From assembly GCA_009783145.1 (NCBI GenBank), contig WRHR01000002.1, forward strand, positions 34,834 to 98,833: a stretch of DNA of 64,000 bases. The letters run 5' to 3'. Positions 50,134 through 59,340 of the stretch are shown here, one piece after another; the stretch's first letter is position 1; the number at the start of each line of letters is the position of its first letter. The notes under the pieces were generated by a model. It was not told where the DNA came from. It searched no databases and saw only the letters and a list, made by a program, of their open reading frames with translations. The translations under genes and the position numbers were made by a program. Source of the stretch: Alphaproteobacteria bacterium. GTDB taxonomy: Bacteria > Pseudomonadota > Alphaproteobacteria > Rs-D84.

Positions 50134-51462
50134 TTATGATTTTTCGCCATTAAGTTTCTTAATTTGTTCCGCGGACATCAGCAAATTATATTTCGCGTTC
50201 AAGACCGCCATATCCATCTGAGACAATGCAGCCGATACGTCGGACAGCTCCACCGCGCTGGTTTGCCCGGCCGCAAACCTGTCGCGGGAATATCCGTACG
50301 CTTTCTCGGCCAAATTGCGCGCGTTTTCAAGACCCGCTAAGTTCCCCCGCAGGTGGTCGTACCTTTTCACCGCGGTATTATACTCCTCGGACTTGAGCTT
50401 TTTGGACTTGTCCAAGTCCTGGCGCGCCGCTTCGGCATCCATTGCGGCGACCGTGGCATTGGCGCGGTTCAGGCCTCCGTCGAAAATCGGCACGGTCAAG
50501 CTGAGGCCCCAATAAGCGTTTTGCGCCTTGCTTCCATTCCACAGCTGATAGTCGTCTTTCATAGCGACGTAGTTATAAGACGCCATCGCCGCCAAGGTGG
50601 GCAAATATCCGGCGCGCTTCGACGAAGCATTCCTCTCATGCATCCTCACCTGCTGGGACAGCAAGTCCCATTCCGGATTGTTTTCCATCTTGCCCGCTTC
50701 CAGCATGCCAAAGGAGGACGGGAAATCGTCGAGCAGGACCAACTGCTCGTCCGCGTCGATGCCAGCCATGATTTTCAGCATCCTTTGCGCAGTGTCGCGG
50801 TTAAACTGAGCATCGGACAGGTTTATTTCCTTGGCGGCGATGTCGGCTTCTATCTTCACAAGGTTGGCGCGGGACGCGCGGCCGGCGCTGGTCAGCTTTT
50901 TCCTCGCGGCATATGCGTCATTCAAAGATTTTTCGGAAATCGTAACCGCACCGTCCGCCATTTTTGCCGTCCAATACAATTGGGCCGCCGCATAGCGCAC
51001 TTCGCGGCGGGTCAGCTCCTTGCCGGATTCGGACATCTTTATCGCGCTACGCAGGCCATCGACCGCATATCCTATTTTCCCAAAGGTATAAATCGGCTGA
51101 GTGATTGTCACGCCGGCTATCAGAAAATTATCGGGAATGGAAATATTTTGATTTCCGTTGTTAATCTGAGCAAGCAGCCCGCCGAATTCCGGCGGCAGAT
51201 CCACGCCTTCGGAGCTGAAGGGTTTGCGAACGTTAATAAGGTTCATATATGTTGCGGTGCCCTCTACATGAAACCAGCGGTTGGCATTCGCGGCACTAAG
51301 CCCGGCTTGGGCCTTTCTTAAATTCGCGTCGGCTTTTTTCGCGTCGTGCGATTCGGCTTCTATCATCTTGACGGCGTCCTCGAAAGAAAGATCGCGCGCA
51401 TACGCGCCGGGCAACACAAACGCACTCGCCAATACGGCGTAAAGTAATTTATTCACCTGCAT
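50134..51462 (-). CDS. tolC: TolC-family outer-membrane efflux channel
   Basis: Signal peptide, duplicated OEP repeats, 442 aa. Confidence 0.8.
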   Translation of the reverse strand: MQVNKLLYAVLASAFVLPGAYARDLSFEDAVKMIEAESHDAKKADANLRKAQAGLSAANANRWFHVEGTATYMNLINVRKPFSSEGVDLPPEFGGLLAQINNGNQNISIPDNFLIAGVTITQPIYTFGKIGYAVDGLRSAIKMSESGKELTRREVRYAAAQLYWTAKMADGAVTISEKSLNDAYAARKKLTSAGRASRANLVKIEADIAAKEINLSDAQFNRDTAQRMLKIMAGIDADEQLVLLDDFPSSFGMLEAGKMENNPEWDLLSQQVRMHERNASSKRAGYLPTLAAMASYNYVAMKDDYQLWNGSKAQNAYWGLSLTVPIFDGGLNRANATVAAMDAEAARQDLDKSKKLKSEEYNTAVKRYDHLRGNLAGLENARNLAEKAYGYSRDRFAAGQTSAVELSDVSAALSQMDMAVLNAKYNLLMSAEQIKKLNGEKS

Positions 51463-51518
51463 TTCTCCTTGTTTTCACATTTTGCAACGCCATCGGCGTA
51501 TCCTCACGATGCGCACAT

Positions 51519-51547
51519 CAAAAATTTTCTAATAACGAAAATTTTTG
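51519..51547. promoter_or_regulatory. Inverted repeat CAAAAATTTTC-N7-GAAAATTTTTG between marR and tolC, candidate MarR operator
   Basis: Perfect 11-bp arms in the promoter region of the efflux operon. Confidence 0.4.
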
Positions 51548-51571
51548 TGTGCTTTTACGCTCGGATTCATT

Positions 51572-52006
51572 TTATTGTTCCATTTTGTTCAGAAGTTTAT
51601 TTATGGTTTCCAAAGCATCGGTAAGCTTTTCCTCGTCCTGGCGACTGATTCCGGAAAAGAATTCTTCGACCCGCGTCCGCAGCAGGTCCATCGCGCGATC
51701 GGCCAATTTGGCACCCTTGGCGCTTACGGAATACCAAGTGTTGCGCCGGTCGGATTCGTCGATTTCGCGGCTGATCAGCCCGTCCTTTTCAAGATTTCTG
51801 AAAAGCGCGCATAAATTCGACGCTGGCGTCATTTCGCGCCGCGCGATATCTTTCAGCTTCGCGCGCCCCGACAGGCGCAGGCGAACAATCATCTGAAGTT
51901 GTGCGCGCGAATATCCAAAGAAGTCCGCGCCGGCTTTCAACCTGTCCGACATCCTGTCTATGGCCCGCATATTGCTTTCGATAAGTTCTACAAATCTTTT
52001 CTTCAT
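51572..52006 (-). CDS. marR: MarR-family transcriptional regulator
   Basis: Winged HTH (LSGRAKLKDIARREMTPASNLCALFRNLEKDGLISREIDESDRRN). Confidence 0.8.
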   Translation of the reverse strand: MKKRFVELIESNMRAIDRMSDRLKAGADFFGYSRAQLQMIVRLRLSGRAKLKDIARREMTPASNLCALFRNLEKDGLISREIDESDRRNTWYSVSAKGAKLADRAMDLLRTRVEEFFSGISRQDEEKLTDALETINKLLNKMEQ

Positions 52007-52130
52007 GATTTATTGTCCTCTATAATTATTATAGATAATAATAATTATTACAGACAATAAAATAATTTGCAAGGAAAATTTTCATAAGCCGCGAATCGTA
52101 AGCCGTTAACGGATGGCTTGGCGATAATAT

Positions 52131-52225
52131 TTGCTATTCTAGTATACTAGAATAGCAAACATAAAACCAAATGTCCATTATAATGAACATTGTCCATTGT
52201 TGCATTCGACTTACGATTAACGATT
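52131..52225. repeat. Composite palindromic element copy 2: TTCTAGTATACTAGAA + TGTCCATTATAATGAACA + cgacttacgattaacgatt
   Basis: Homologous to 23431-23520. Confidence 0.7.
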
Positions 52226-52231
52226 CATGGC

Positions 52232-53311
52232 TTACGATTGCTTCAGGATTTCTTCAGCGATGTTAGCAACGGCATTGTTTTCAATCTTCGCCTTTGCCGC
52301 CATCTTTTTCAGGCGCGCCCCATTGCTAAACAATTCCTCCAGCGTTGCGGATAGCCACCTTGAAGTAAATTTGCTCTGCGGGATTGCAATGCCGCCGCCT
52401 TGCGAAGCAAAAACTTCCGCATTCGCCGCCTGGTCGGGGTTTATCCCCAACGGGACCAGAATCGCCGGACGGCCAACGGTCTGCAATTCCGCGACCGTGC
52501 TTGCGCCGCTGCGCCCTATCACCAAGTCCGCCGCCGCCACTTCCGATGCCATATCATGAATGAACGACAGCACGTTCGCCTTCACGCTGTTGCCGGCATA
52601 GAACCTTTGCAAGCGCGCGACGTTTTCCGGCCGGGTCTGATGCACTATGAACAGCTTCTTTACGATGGATGACGGAAGAAGGATGATGGACGACGGAACC
52701 ACGTCGTCCAAAATCTGCGCCCCTAACGAACCACCGGTGACAAGAAGACGGATGATGGATGATGGATGATGGATGATGGATGACATAAATTCTTTACGAA
52801 CAGGTAATCCTGTATAAACAACTTTCAACTTTCCATCATCCGTCATCCGTCTTCCATCATCCATTCCCTCCACCTTTGGAAAACTTGTCATCAAAGTATT
52901 TACCCAGCGCAGGGCGAATTTATTCGCGCGACCAATTGCCGCGTTCTGCTCGTGCAATAATGTCGGGATTTTCCAAACGCGCGCCGCCAAAATTGCAGGA
53001 ACGGACGCATAGCCGCCGAATGCCACAACTCTGTCCGGTCGGAAAACCATAAAGCGCAGCGTCAGAGCAACCGCCGAAAAGCCGATCTTCATCAATGCGA
53101 AGACTTGCTGCAACTTTCCCTTGGCGCCGACGCCGGACGCCCAAACCCAAGCGATTCCCGCGCGCGGAGGCTTATTCTTTTTCACCATATCCATAACGCG
53201 CGAATCGGTCGAGATTATCACGCGATTATGGCGCCGCACCAATTCTTCGGCAACGACCAGCGCTGGAAAAACATGCCCGCCGGTTCCCCCGGTCGCAATC
53301 CATATCTTCAT
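52232..53311 (-). CDS. murG: UDP-GlcNAc:undecaprenyl-PP-MurNAc-pentapeptide GlcNAc transferase
   Basis: GGTGGHVFPAL N-terminus, C-domain LLVTGGSLGA; linker holds an inverted (ggatgat) array element. Confidence 0.85.
   Translation of the reverse strand: MKIWIATGGTGGHVFPALVVAEELVRRHNRVIISTDSRVMDMVKKNKPPRAGIAWVWASGVGAKGKLQQVFALMKIGFSAVALTLRFMVFRPDRVVAFGGYASVPAILAARVWKIPTLLHEQNAAIGRANKFALRWVNTLMTSFPKVEGMDDGRRMTDDGKLKVVYTGLPVRKEFMSSIIHHPSSIIRLLVTGGSLGAQILDDVVPSSIILLPSSIVKKLFIVHQTRPENVARLQRFYAGNSVKANVLSFIHDMASEVAAADLVIGRSGASTVAELQTVGRPAILVPLGINPDQAANAEVFASQGGGIAIPQSKFTSRWLSATLEELFSNGARLKKMAAKAKIENNAVANIAEEILKQS
52748..52867. repeat. Inverted heptamer arrays (ggatgat)x5 ... (atcatcc)x4 inside the murG inter-domain linker, in-frame
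   Basis: gacggatgatggatgatggatgatggatgatggatgacat ... ccatcatccgtcatccgtcttccatcatccattcc; codes MSSIIHHPSSII and GMDDGRRMTDDG around the conserved GLPVR block. Confidence 0.85.
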
Positions 53312-53329
53312 AAAAAAACCTCCGGTTTC

Positions 53330-53462
53330 TATAAAGTAGGAGGTAGGAAGTAGGAAGTTGGTGATTAAGAATTTATATCTCGAAATAAAAGCTCTTACTC
53401 TCTTATTTCCTACCTCCTACCTCCTACCTCCTACTTCCTACTTCCTACTTTCTACTTCCACT
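53330..53462. repeat. Heptamer-array hairpin element, family D between ftsW and murG (right arm overlaps the ftsW 3' end)
   Basis: agtaggaggtaggaagtaggaagttggtgattaagaatttat ... ttcctacctcctacctcctacctcctacttcctacttcctactttctacttcc. Confidence 0.8.
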
Positions 53463-54597
53463 TGTCCTCTCGCACCAATGCCAATATCATACCAAACATC
53501 AGGCAGAATGCAACAAAAGACGAGCCGCCGTAAGATATGAACGGCAAAGTCATTCCCTTTGGCGGAAACAGCCCCAGCGCCGACATCACGTTTATGCAAA
53601 CTTGAGTGCCGAACAAGGCGAACAATCCGCCGCATGCATAAAAAACAAACTTGTCCTTGGCTCGCGTCGCGTCTGTAGCCAGGCGTTTCATCACGTATAA
53701 AAATCCCAGCAAAAGGACGCAGGCTATTATGGCGCCGGAATCTTCCGCTATCGCGGAAAAAACAAAGTCCGTATGCGCGTCGGGCAGCGATTGCTTTATA
53801 AAGCTGTCTTCGCCGCGGCCGAATAATCCGCCGTGCTTTACCGCCTCTACCGATTTTTTAATCTGATAGTTATCGCCGCCGCCGGCAAGACCCAAGAACC
53901 CCAGCACCCTCATTCGTACGTGCGACATGGTGAAGAATGCGAACACTCCACCCGACGCACCGACGCCCGCAAAAATCGGAAGAAAATACATCGGCAAGCC
54001 CGCCAGAAAAATCATAGAAGCGAACACGATTAAATAAAGAACGAACGAGCCGAAATCCGGATGAGTCAATATAATCAAAATCGCGGGCAGAAATAATGCC
54101 AGATATGCCGGCCAGCCGTCCCATTTCCATGCTCGCTTTGCAAAGAATATATCGCCCGGCGCCAGCTTTTCAATGCGCGTCAAGAACCATGCGGTTAAAA
54201 TTATGAAGCCCGGTTTCAACAAGTCGCTGGGCATAACGGACGCAAAGCCCAGATTGACCCAGCGCGCGGATCCTTTGACCGCTGCGGGCATGACCAAGGT
54301 CGCAATCAGCAGCAGCCCGCATATGACCACGTTCACGAACGCGACGGCGAAAACTTGCCTTTTGCTTAAGAATGACGACACAAGCAGCGTTATCAGCCCC
54401 AGTATGTAAAAGGGTATCGCTTTCAGCAGAAAGAAATGCCACGGCTGGGGCGGATTCATACGCTCGGCCGCCACAGAGCCGGCGGACACCATCGCCCACA
54501 TGCCGACGAATATAAGCGCGATAACGCACCAGAACAGACGGCGGTCTATTTCAAAATACCAGCTTGTTAATTTGCTCTCTTCGCTTCGGCGCAGCAT
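53452..54597 (-). CDS. ftsW: Cell division/peptidoglycan polymerase FtsW (SEDS family)
   Basis: 10 TM SEDS topology, 381 aa, dcw-cluster context. Confidence 0.85.
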   Translation of the reverse strand: MLRRSEESKLTSWYFEIDRRLFWCVIALIFVGMWAMVSAGSVAAERMNPPQPWHFFLLKAIPFYILGLITLLVSSFLSKRQVFAVAFVNVVICGLLLIATLVMPAAVKGSARWVNLGFASVMPSDLLKPGFIILTAWFLTRIEKLAPGDIFFAKRAWKWDGWPAYLALFLPAILIILTHPDFGSFVLYLIVFASMIFLAGLPMYFLPIFAGVGASGGVFAFFTMSHVRMRVLGFLGLAGGGDNYQIKKSVEAVKHGGLFGRGEDSFIKQSLPDAHTDFVFSAIAEDSGAIIACVLLLGFLYVMKRLATDATRAKDKFVFYACGGLFALFGTQVCINVMSALGLFPPKGMTLPFISYGGSSFVAFCLMFGMILALVREDKWK

Positions 54598-54598
54598 T

Positions 54599-55666
54599 TT
54601 ACAACCTCAACAATAACAACGCGATTCCTGAAAACAGAATCGACATTATGAAAAACCTTTCCACGATTTTTGATTCGGGCAGGCCCAGTTCTTCGAAATG
54701 ATGATGCAGCGGCGCGCGCTTGAAGACTCTCTTGCCGACTCCGTTTTTCTTGGTCAGCTTATACACGAAAGTCTGAATAAAGCTGGACAGCAATATGGCG
54801 ACCAGCATCAGGGACGCAACGCCGATTACTATCTCGGCCTTAAGCAGCATCGATACGGTTCCGACAAATCCGCCAAGAGCAAGGCTGCCCGTATCGCCCA
54901 TAAAGATACTTGCGGGCGCGGAATTGAACCACAGGAATCCGACCAGCGCGCCCAGCGCCGCTCCGATTATCGGAAACAGGCTTGCCGCTTCGGGCAACAT
55001 AACCGCGTTCGGGATAAAGCCAAGGCGCGTCACTCCGAACAAGGCGATCAACGCCACGACCAAAATCGGAATATAAATTTTCGACAGCATGCCGTCCAGC
55101 CCGTCCGTAATATTCGCGGCATTGGCCGTGCCAGCGATTACGAAATACGCCAGGACGAAATATAAAATCCCCAGCGGCAAAAGATACCCGCCCGGAAACC
55201 AAAGCGAATATTCCGGCAGATAGAAAGGCATCGTCTGATTGATGAAATAAGCCAGCCCCAAAACGCCCAGCCCTTCCAGCCCCAGGCGCATTTTGGGCGA
55301 CAGGCCGTTGTCGGCTTTCTTGCTCTGAGAGCGGACTTTTTTAAAGTCGTCGGCAAATCCTATGGCGCCGAACCATAACAAGGCCGCGATTGAGATCCAA
55401 GGCGCATCCTGGCCCCAGTCCATAAACAAAACGCCGCCAACAACAATTGCCAAGACCATCAGCAGCCCGCCCATAGTCGGCGTTCCCGACTTGATCAAAT
55501 GCGACTGCGGCAAGTTTTCGTTAATGGGCTGTCCTTTTTTCTGCCAGCGGCGCATGGCGTTTATGTAGCCCCGCCCGAAAATAACCATAATCAGAAAAGC
55601 TGCAGCAAACCCGCAAGCGAAAAGCGCCCCGCCGCCAAGTTCAATGTTCAAGAGTTGTGGTAACAT
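54599..55666 (-). CDS. mraY: Phospho-N-acetylmuramoyl-pentapeptide transferase
   Basis: 355 aa, 10 TM, conserved DD/DGLDG and HHH motifs. Confidence 0.9.
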   Translation of the reverse strand: MLPQLLNIELGGGALFACGFAAAFLIMVIFGRGYINAMRRWQKKGQPINENLPQSHLIKSGTPTMGGLLMVLAIVVGGVLFMDWGQDAPWISIAALLWFGAIGFADDFKKVRSQSKKADNGLSPKMRLGLEGLGVLGLAYFINQTMPFYLPEYSLWFPGGYLLPLGILYFVLAYFVIAGTANAANITDGLDGMLSKIYIPILVVALIALFGVTRLGFIPNAVMLPEAASLFPIIGAALGALVGFLWFNSAPASIFMGDTGSLALGGFVGTVSMLLKAEIVIGVASLMLVAILLSSFIQTFVYKLTKKNGVGKRVFKRAPLHHHFEELGLPESKIVERFFIMSILFSGIALLLLRL

Positions 55667-55674
55667 AGTTTGTT

Positions 55675-55750
55675 CCTTTTTTTATTTACGATTTAAGATT
55701 TGCGATTTTACTCCCGACAAATCGTAAATCGCAAATCGTAAATTATTTTT
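55675..55750. repeat. Heptamer-array hairpin element, family F: (tttacga) / (atcgtaa) arms around GGGAG-like core
   Basis: ttatttacgatttaagatttgcgattttactcccgacaaatcgtaaatcgcaaatcgtaaatt. Confidence 0.8.
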
Positions 55751-55754
55751 TCCA

Positions 55755-56486
55755 TTATATCCCCAAAATCGTCCAAAGCAATCTCCGCGCGTCGATATAC
55801 GATTTATACAGCAATTCGCCGACCCTCTTCCACCGCGCCACCAGATATTTTTTCTTTTCGGCATAATTGATGCTGCTGGCCACGCCCTTGCGTTCCCAAG
55901 CGATGTTAGGGAATACCGACCGGCCGCGGACGCGGTACTTCCAATATTTTATGTACTCGTGGTCATGCGGGACGAACATAGGCAGCATTTTGGCGACATA
56001 TCTTTTCGCCGCATCGCGCTTTATCAGATAAGCCCCGGATTTGTTCTGATGAAACGCGTTCCTTACCAGATGATATTTTCCGCCAAGCAACTTGCGCATA
56101 CGGATTTTTCCGCCTCCATGTGTGCCGTATAGCTTCACGATATCCCAATCGTCCTTTGATATTATGTCGTCCAAGACCTGCTTGAAATCCACAGCGAACT
56201 CCATATCGTCTTCCAGTATCAGGCCGATGTCGGCGCCCGTTTCGACGAATTTCTCCAATGCCTCGTAATGCGAGATATAGCACCCGATTTCATTGTTCAT
56301 CACGATTCTGCCGTGGACGAAAGTATGAAGGCCGCGATTGACCTCCCTGCTTGTAAATGTCCGTATCTTGCCGTCGGTGCCCGAAACGCGGACAAAATCC
56401 AAGCCGACAGCTTTCAGGTTTTTTTCGGTTTGTTCCATGCGCTCGGGTGCGCGGTCCAAATTTATTACGAGCGTTTTCATTTTCAT
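55755..56486 (-). CDS. Glycosyltransferase family 25 (LPS core beta-glycosyltransferase-like)
   Basis: MKMKTLVINLDRAPERMEQTEKNL... typical GT25 N-terminus. Confidence 0.65.
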   Translation of the reverse strand: MKMKTLVINLDRAPERMEQTEKNLKAVGLDFVRVSGTDGKIRTFTSREVNRGLHTFVHGRIVMNNEIGCYISHYEALEKFVETGADIGLILEDDMEFAVDFKQVLDDIISKDDWDIVKLYGTHGGGKIRMRKLLGGKYHLVRNAFHQNKSGAYLIKRDAAKRYVAKMLPMFVPHDHEYIKYWKYRVRGRSVFPNIAWERKGVASSINYAEKKKYLVARWKRVGELLYKSYIDARRLLWTILGI

Positions 56487-57793
56487 TTCTTCTTTCCCTC
56501 CGCAAAGATTTTTCGCCAGTCGGAAACTTGCTTTTTCGTATTATCCCAAATCTTTTTCAGGTCGCCGCTGACTTGCTTGCCGAACGACTCGTCTATCTTT
56601 CCGCCCATGTCTTCCGCAATCTTGGTCGCTTTATCCGCCAGATATGCGACCAGGCAGCCGACTATCAGGACCGGCATAAAGCCTTCGGATTGCACTGTCG
56701 GAACCTTGTCTCCCAAATCAGTTGTAACCACTCCGCCCAGCAATGCCGCGCCTATGGCCGCAACGACCGCGAGTATAATGAAGTAAATCACCGCCTGGAT
56801 GAACCTTTTTATCTGGTCGGGCAGCGAGGTATATTTGAAAATTCCCGCAAAGGCCGTAAATATGGTGGCCGGGATGCCTTCCAAGTTTGTGGCCTTCTTG
56901 CCGCCGAAGCATTCCGTAATAGCGGTAAACGGAAGCAGCATTATCGCCATGAACAAGTCCACTATCACGCCCAGCGCCAGCAAGGCGAACTTCCAGATAT
57001 TTATCGTGAAAATCACGACAAAGACAGCGCCCGCGACGAAAGTCAGCGCGCTGTGGCCGATCCCAAACCACATCCACTTGAAGCCCGCCGCGACGCAGGT
57101 ATAAAAGAATCCCGATAGACGCGTCGGCAGGCATAATAAATCCGCCGTGTAACGCGATGATACTATCCCGCCGCTATTACCCACAAACTGGCGGATCGCA
57201 TCGCAAGTATCGGGCAGCTTTGTCCCCGCCGCGCCCGCGACGGAATCCAGTATCAGGTTCGACATATACGCGCCGGCGCTTATTATTGGCCCGAAGATCG
57301 TCATAAAAATCTGGCCCGGATTGTTGGACAGCACCCACAGCCAGACGGAAATCAACAGCGCTTTCTTTGCGACCTCTACGCCCAACTTTTTAACATCACC
57401 CTGGCCTTTTATGAGATTATAAGCCTCGAACATTATCCAGAACGCGAACAGGGCCACCAGCAGGGTTTGCACGAACTCGAACAGAGAACGCTGCAGAGCG
57501 TCGCTGATGCGGGACAGGGCGCCGATAAAGGCCTTTCCCACGCGCGCTTCTATAGGAACGTAATCTTTTACCAGCGCTTTCTGAAAATTGCCCTGGAACG
57601 AATCTATGTCCAGCGACAGATTGCTCATAAGAAGTTTCTGTTTTTGTTCGTCGAGCCAAGAGCCGGTATTCCCACCAGCGACGATTTCGCCGGCTATGGC
57701 TTCATTATTAATCACAGGAGACAGAACATCATCGGCAAAGGCATTGCCGATGCAAAGAATAAAGAATAAAGAATAAAGAATAAATTTTTTCAT
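56483..57793 (-). CDS. VirB6/TrbL-like type IV secretion inner-membrane protein, paralog D
   Basis: Signal peptide MKKFILYSLFFILCIGNAFA (repeat-encoded), multi-TM core, hydrophilic C-tail; start taken at MKKFIL. Confidence 0.55.
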   Translation of the reverse strand: MKKFILYSLFFILCIGNAFADDVLSPVINNEAIAGEIVAGGNTGSWLDEQKQKLLMSNLSLDIDSFQGNFQKALVKDYVPIEARVGKAFIGALSRISDALQRSLFEFVQTLLVALFAFWIMFEAYNLIKGQGDVKKLGVEVAKKALLISVWLWVLSNNPGQIFMTIFGPIISAGAYMSNLILDSVAGAAGTKLPDTCDAIRQFVGNSGGIVSSRYTADLLCLPTRLSGFFYTCVAAGFKWMWFGIGHSALTFVAGAVFVVIFTINIWKFALLALGVIVDLFMAIMLLPFTAITECFGGKKATNLEGIPATIFTAFAGIFKYTSLPDQIKRFIQAVIYFIILAVVAAIGAALLGGVVTTDLGDKVPTVQSEGFMPVLIVGCLVAYLADKATKIAEDMGGKIDESFGKQVSGDLKKIWDNTKKQVSDWRKIFAEGKKK

Positions 57794-57797
57794 TCTA

Positions 57798-59261
57798 TCA
57801 ACTCTTCTTCCCAAACGCGCCCGTGACTTTTTTCGTTATGCCGGACGGGATATCCCACAGCTTTTTCCCGAACTCCTTGAACGTGCTGCCGATATTTAAT
57901 ATGCCGTCCTTGCCGCCTTGCGTGTCTCCTACCAGAATCTTGTCGATCTTATCCTGCACAACATAGAAATAGACCAGGAATATCCCCAGCATCAGCATAA
58001 AGAACTGCCAGCCGTCCTTCATAAAGTCGAACGCGCCCGGATGCTGGGCCTCCACGATGGCCTTTTCGCGGCTAAAGCATTCTTTAAATAAATTCTTGTC
58101 CATTACGCCGTCGACCAGCGATATGCTTTCGCATTCGGCAAATACTTGCGCCACAACGACGTTTCGCGAGTTCTCGGCCGTCTGCATTCCGGCAAGACCA
58201 GGCGGGAAAATCGCGGAGTATCCGTCCAGAGGTCCCGGGAAATATTCGTCCGCGGCATAGGTCACCACCGCATAGATTATCAGGACTTTCAAGGTAATCG
58301 CGACCACCCGCACAGCGCAATTCACCAGCATTTCGACGGATTTCCCCACTGCGCCCTTTAATATATTCCAAACGTTCTCATATGCATAACTGGCGATAAT
58401 AACGGGCAAGAAGATTATTATAAATACAAGGCGGAAAACTACATTTAAGATATCGAAGAACAGGCTGAACCCGATGATTAAGAACATGATGACCAAACCC
58501 AGGCCCGCCATCCAAGTGAACAATCCCCCGCCCATCCCCATCCAGGAAAAATTCATCAGCGAAAAGCCCCCTGACGCGCCGGCAAGTATCACCGTGCTGG
58601 CATTACCAATAACGCACATAAACGGTTTTAACGCCGGCCCTATGACGTTGCTTTCTCCGGCGCTGGACAGAGCCGGACAGCTTGCCGCGCTGACCGCACC
58701 GGTCGCGGCCATAGCCAGTTCCGAGCCCACATACATAACAGGCCTGATAGTAATATCGGATACCGCCTTTAAAATCCCGGTCCCGCCAAGCGACAGCGCG
58801 CCCAGGAAAGCGCCCACCGCCAGCACGCGCGCGCCCTGCTTCCATACCCCGTCGAACCACTTTTGAAAGTCAAGTTTTCTTTCGTCCTCTTTCATTTCAA
58901 TGTTTTGTTTGTTCGCTTCCCGCAGAGTCTTCACCGTATGCATAAACAGGAAAATCACGAACCCCAGCGCCAACAGTATCCATAGGTTGCCGACCAGCGC
59001 TTCCCAGAAATCTTTCGTCGCCGTCCCTATTATATTGAACAACTGCTGGACGTACGGGCATAAAAAGCATCCGCGGCTTGCGGATATGTCGCAAACGCCA
59101 TTTGCATCGCAAGCCCCAGTGGCGTGCAGAAAGCTGTCCAGGCTGACATAACTGATAGAATCGCCGTTAATGCTGGACGACAAGTACCAGATGCCGACGC
59201 CCAGCGCGATTATCCACATAATCGCCTCTACCGCCATCAAGATGAGTTTCGACTTCAACAT
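57798..59261 (-). CDS. VirB6/TrbL-like protein, paralog C
   Basis: 487 aa; N-terminal TM, periplasmic CFLCPYVQQLF Cys pair, polytopic core. Confidence 0.55.
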   Translation of the reverse strand: MLKSKLILMAVEAIMWIIALGVGIWYLSSSINGDSISYVSLDSFLHATGACDANGVCDISASRGCFLCPYVQQLFNIIGTATKDFWEALVGNLWILLALGFVIFLFMHTVKTLREANKQNIEMKEDERKLDFQKWFDGVWKQGARVLAVGAFLGALSLGGTGILKAVSDITIRPVMYVGSELAMAATGAVSAASCPALSSAGESNVIGPALKPFMCVIGNASTVILAGASGGFSLMNFSWMGMGGGLFTWMAGLGLVIMFLIIGFSLFFDILNVVFRLVFIIIFLPVIIASYAYENVWNILKGAVGKSVEMLVNCAVRVVAITLKVLIIYAVVTYAADEYFPGPLDGYSAIFPPGLAGMQTAENSRNVVVAQVFAECESISLVDGVMDKNLFKECFSREKAIVEAQHPGAFDFMKDGWQFFMLMLGIFLVYFYVVQDKIDKILVGDTQGGKDGILNIGSTFKEFGKKLWDIPSGITKKVTGAFGKKS

Positions 59262-59340
59262 GATTTACGATTTACGATTTACGATTTACGATTTAGGGAG
59301 TCAAATCGTAATTCGCAAATCGTAAATTATTTTTTCTCCT
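59262..59340. repeat. Family F heptamer-array hairpin filling the gap between virB6 paralogs C and B
   Basis: atgatttacgatttacgatttacgatttagggagtcaaatcgtaattcgcaaatcgtaaatt. Confidence 0.85.
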
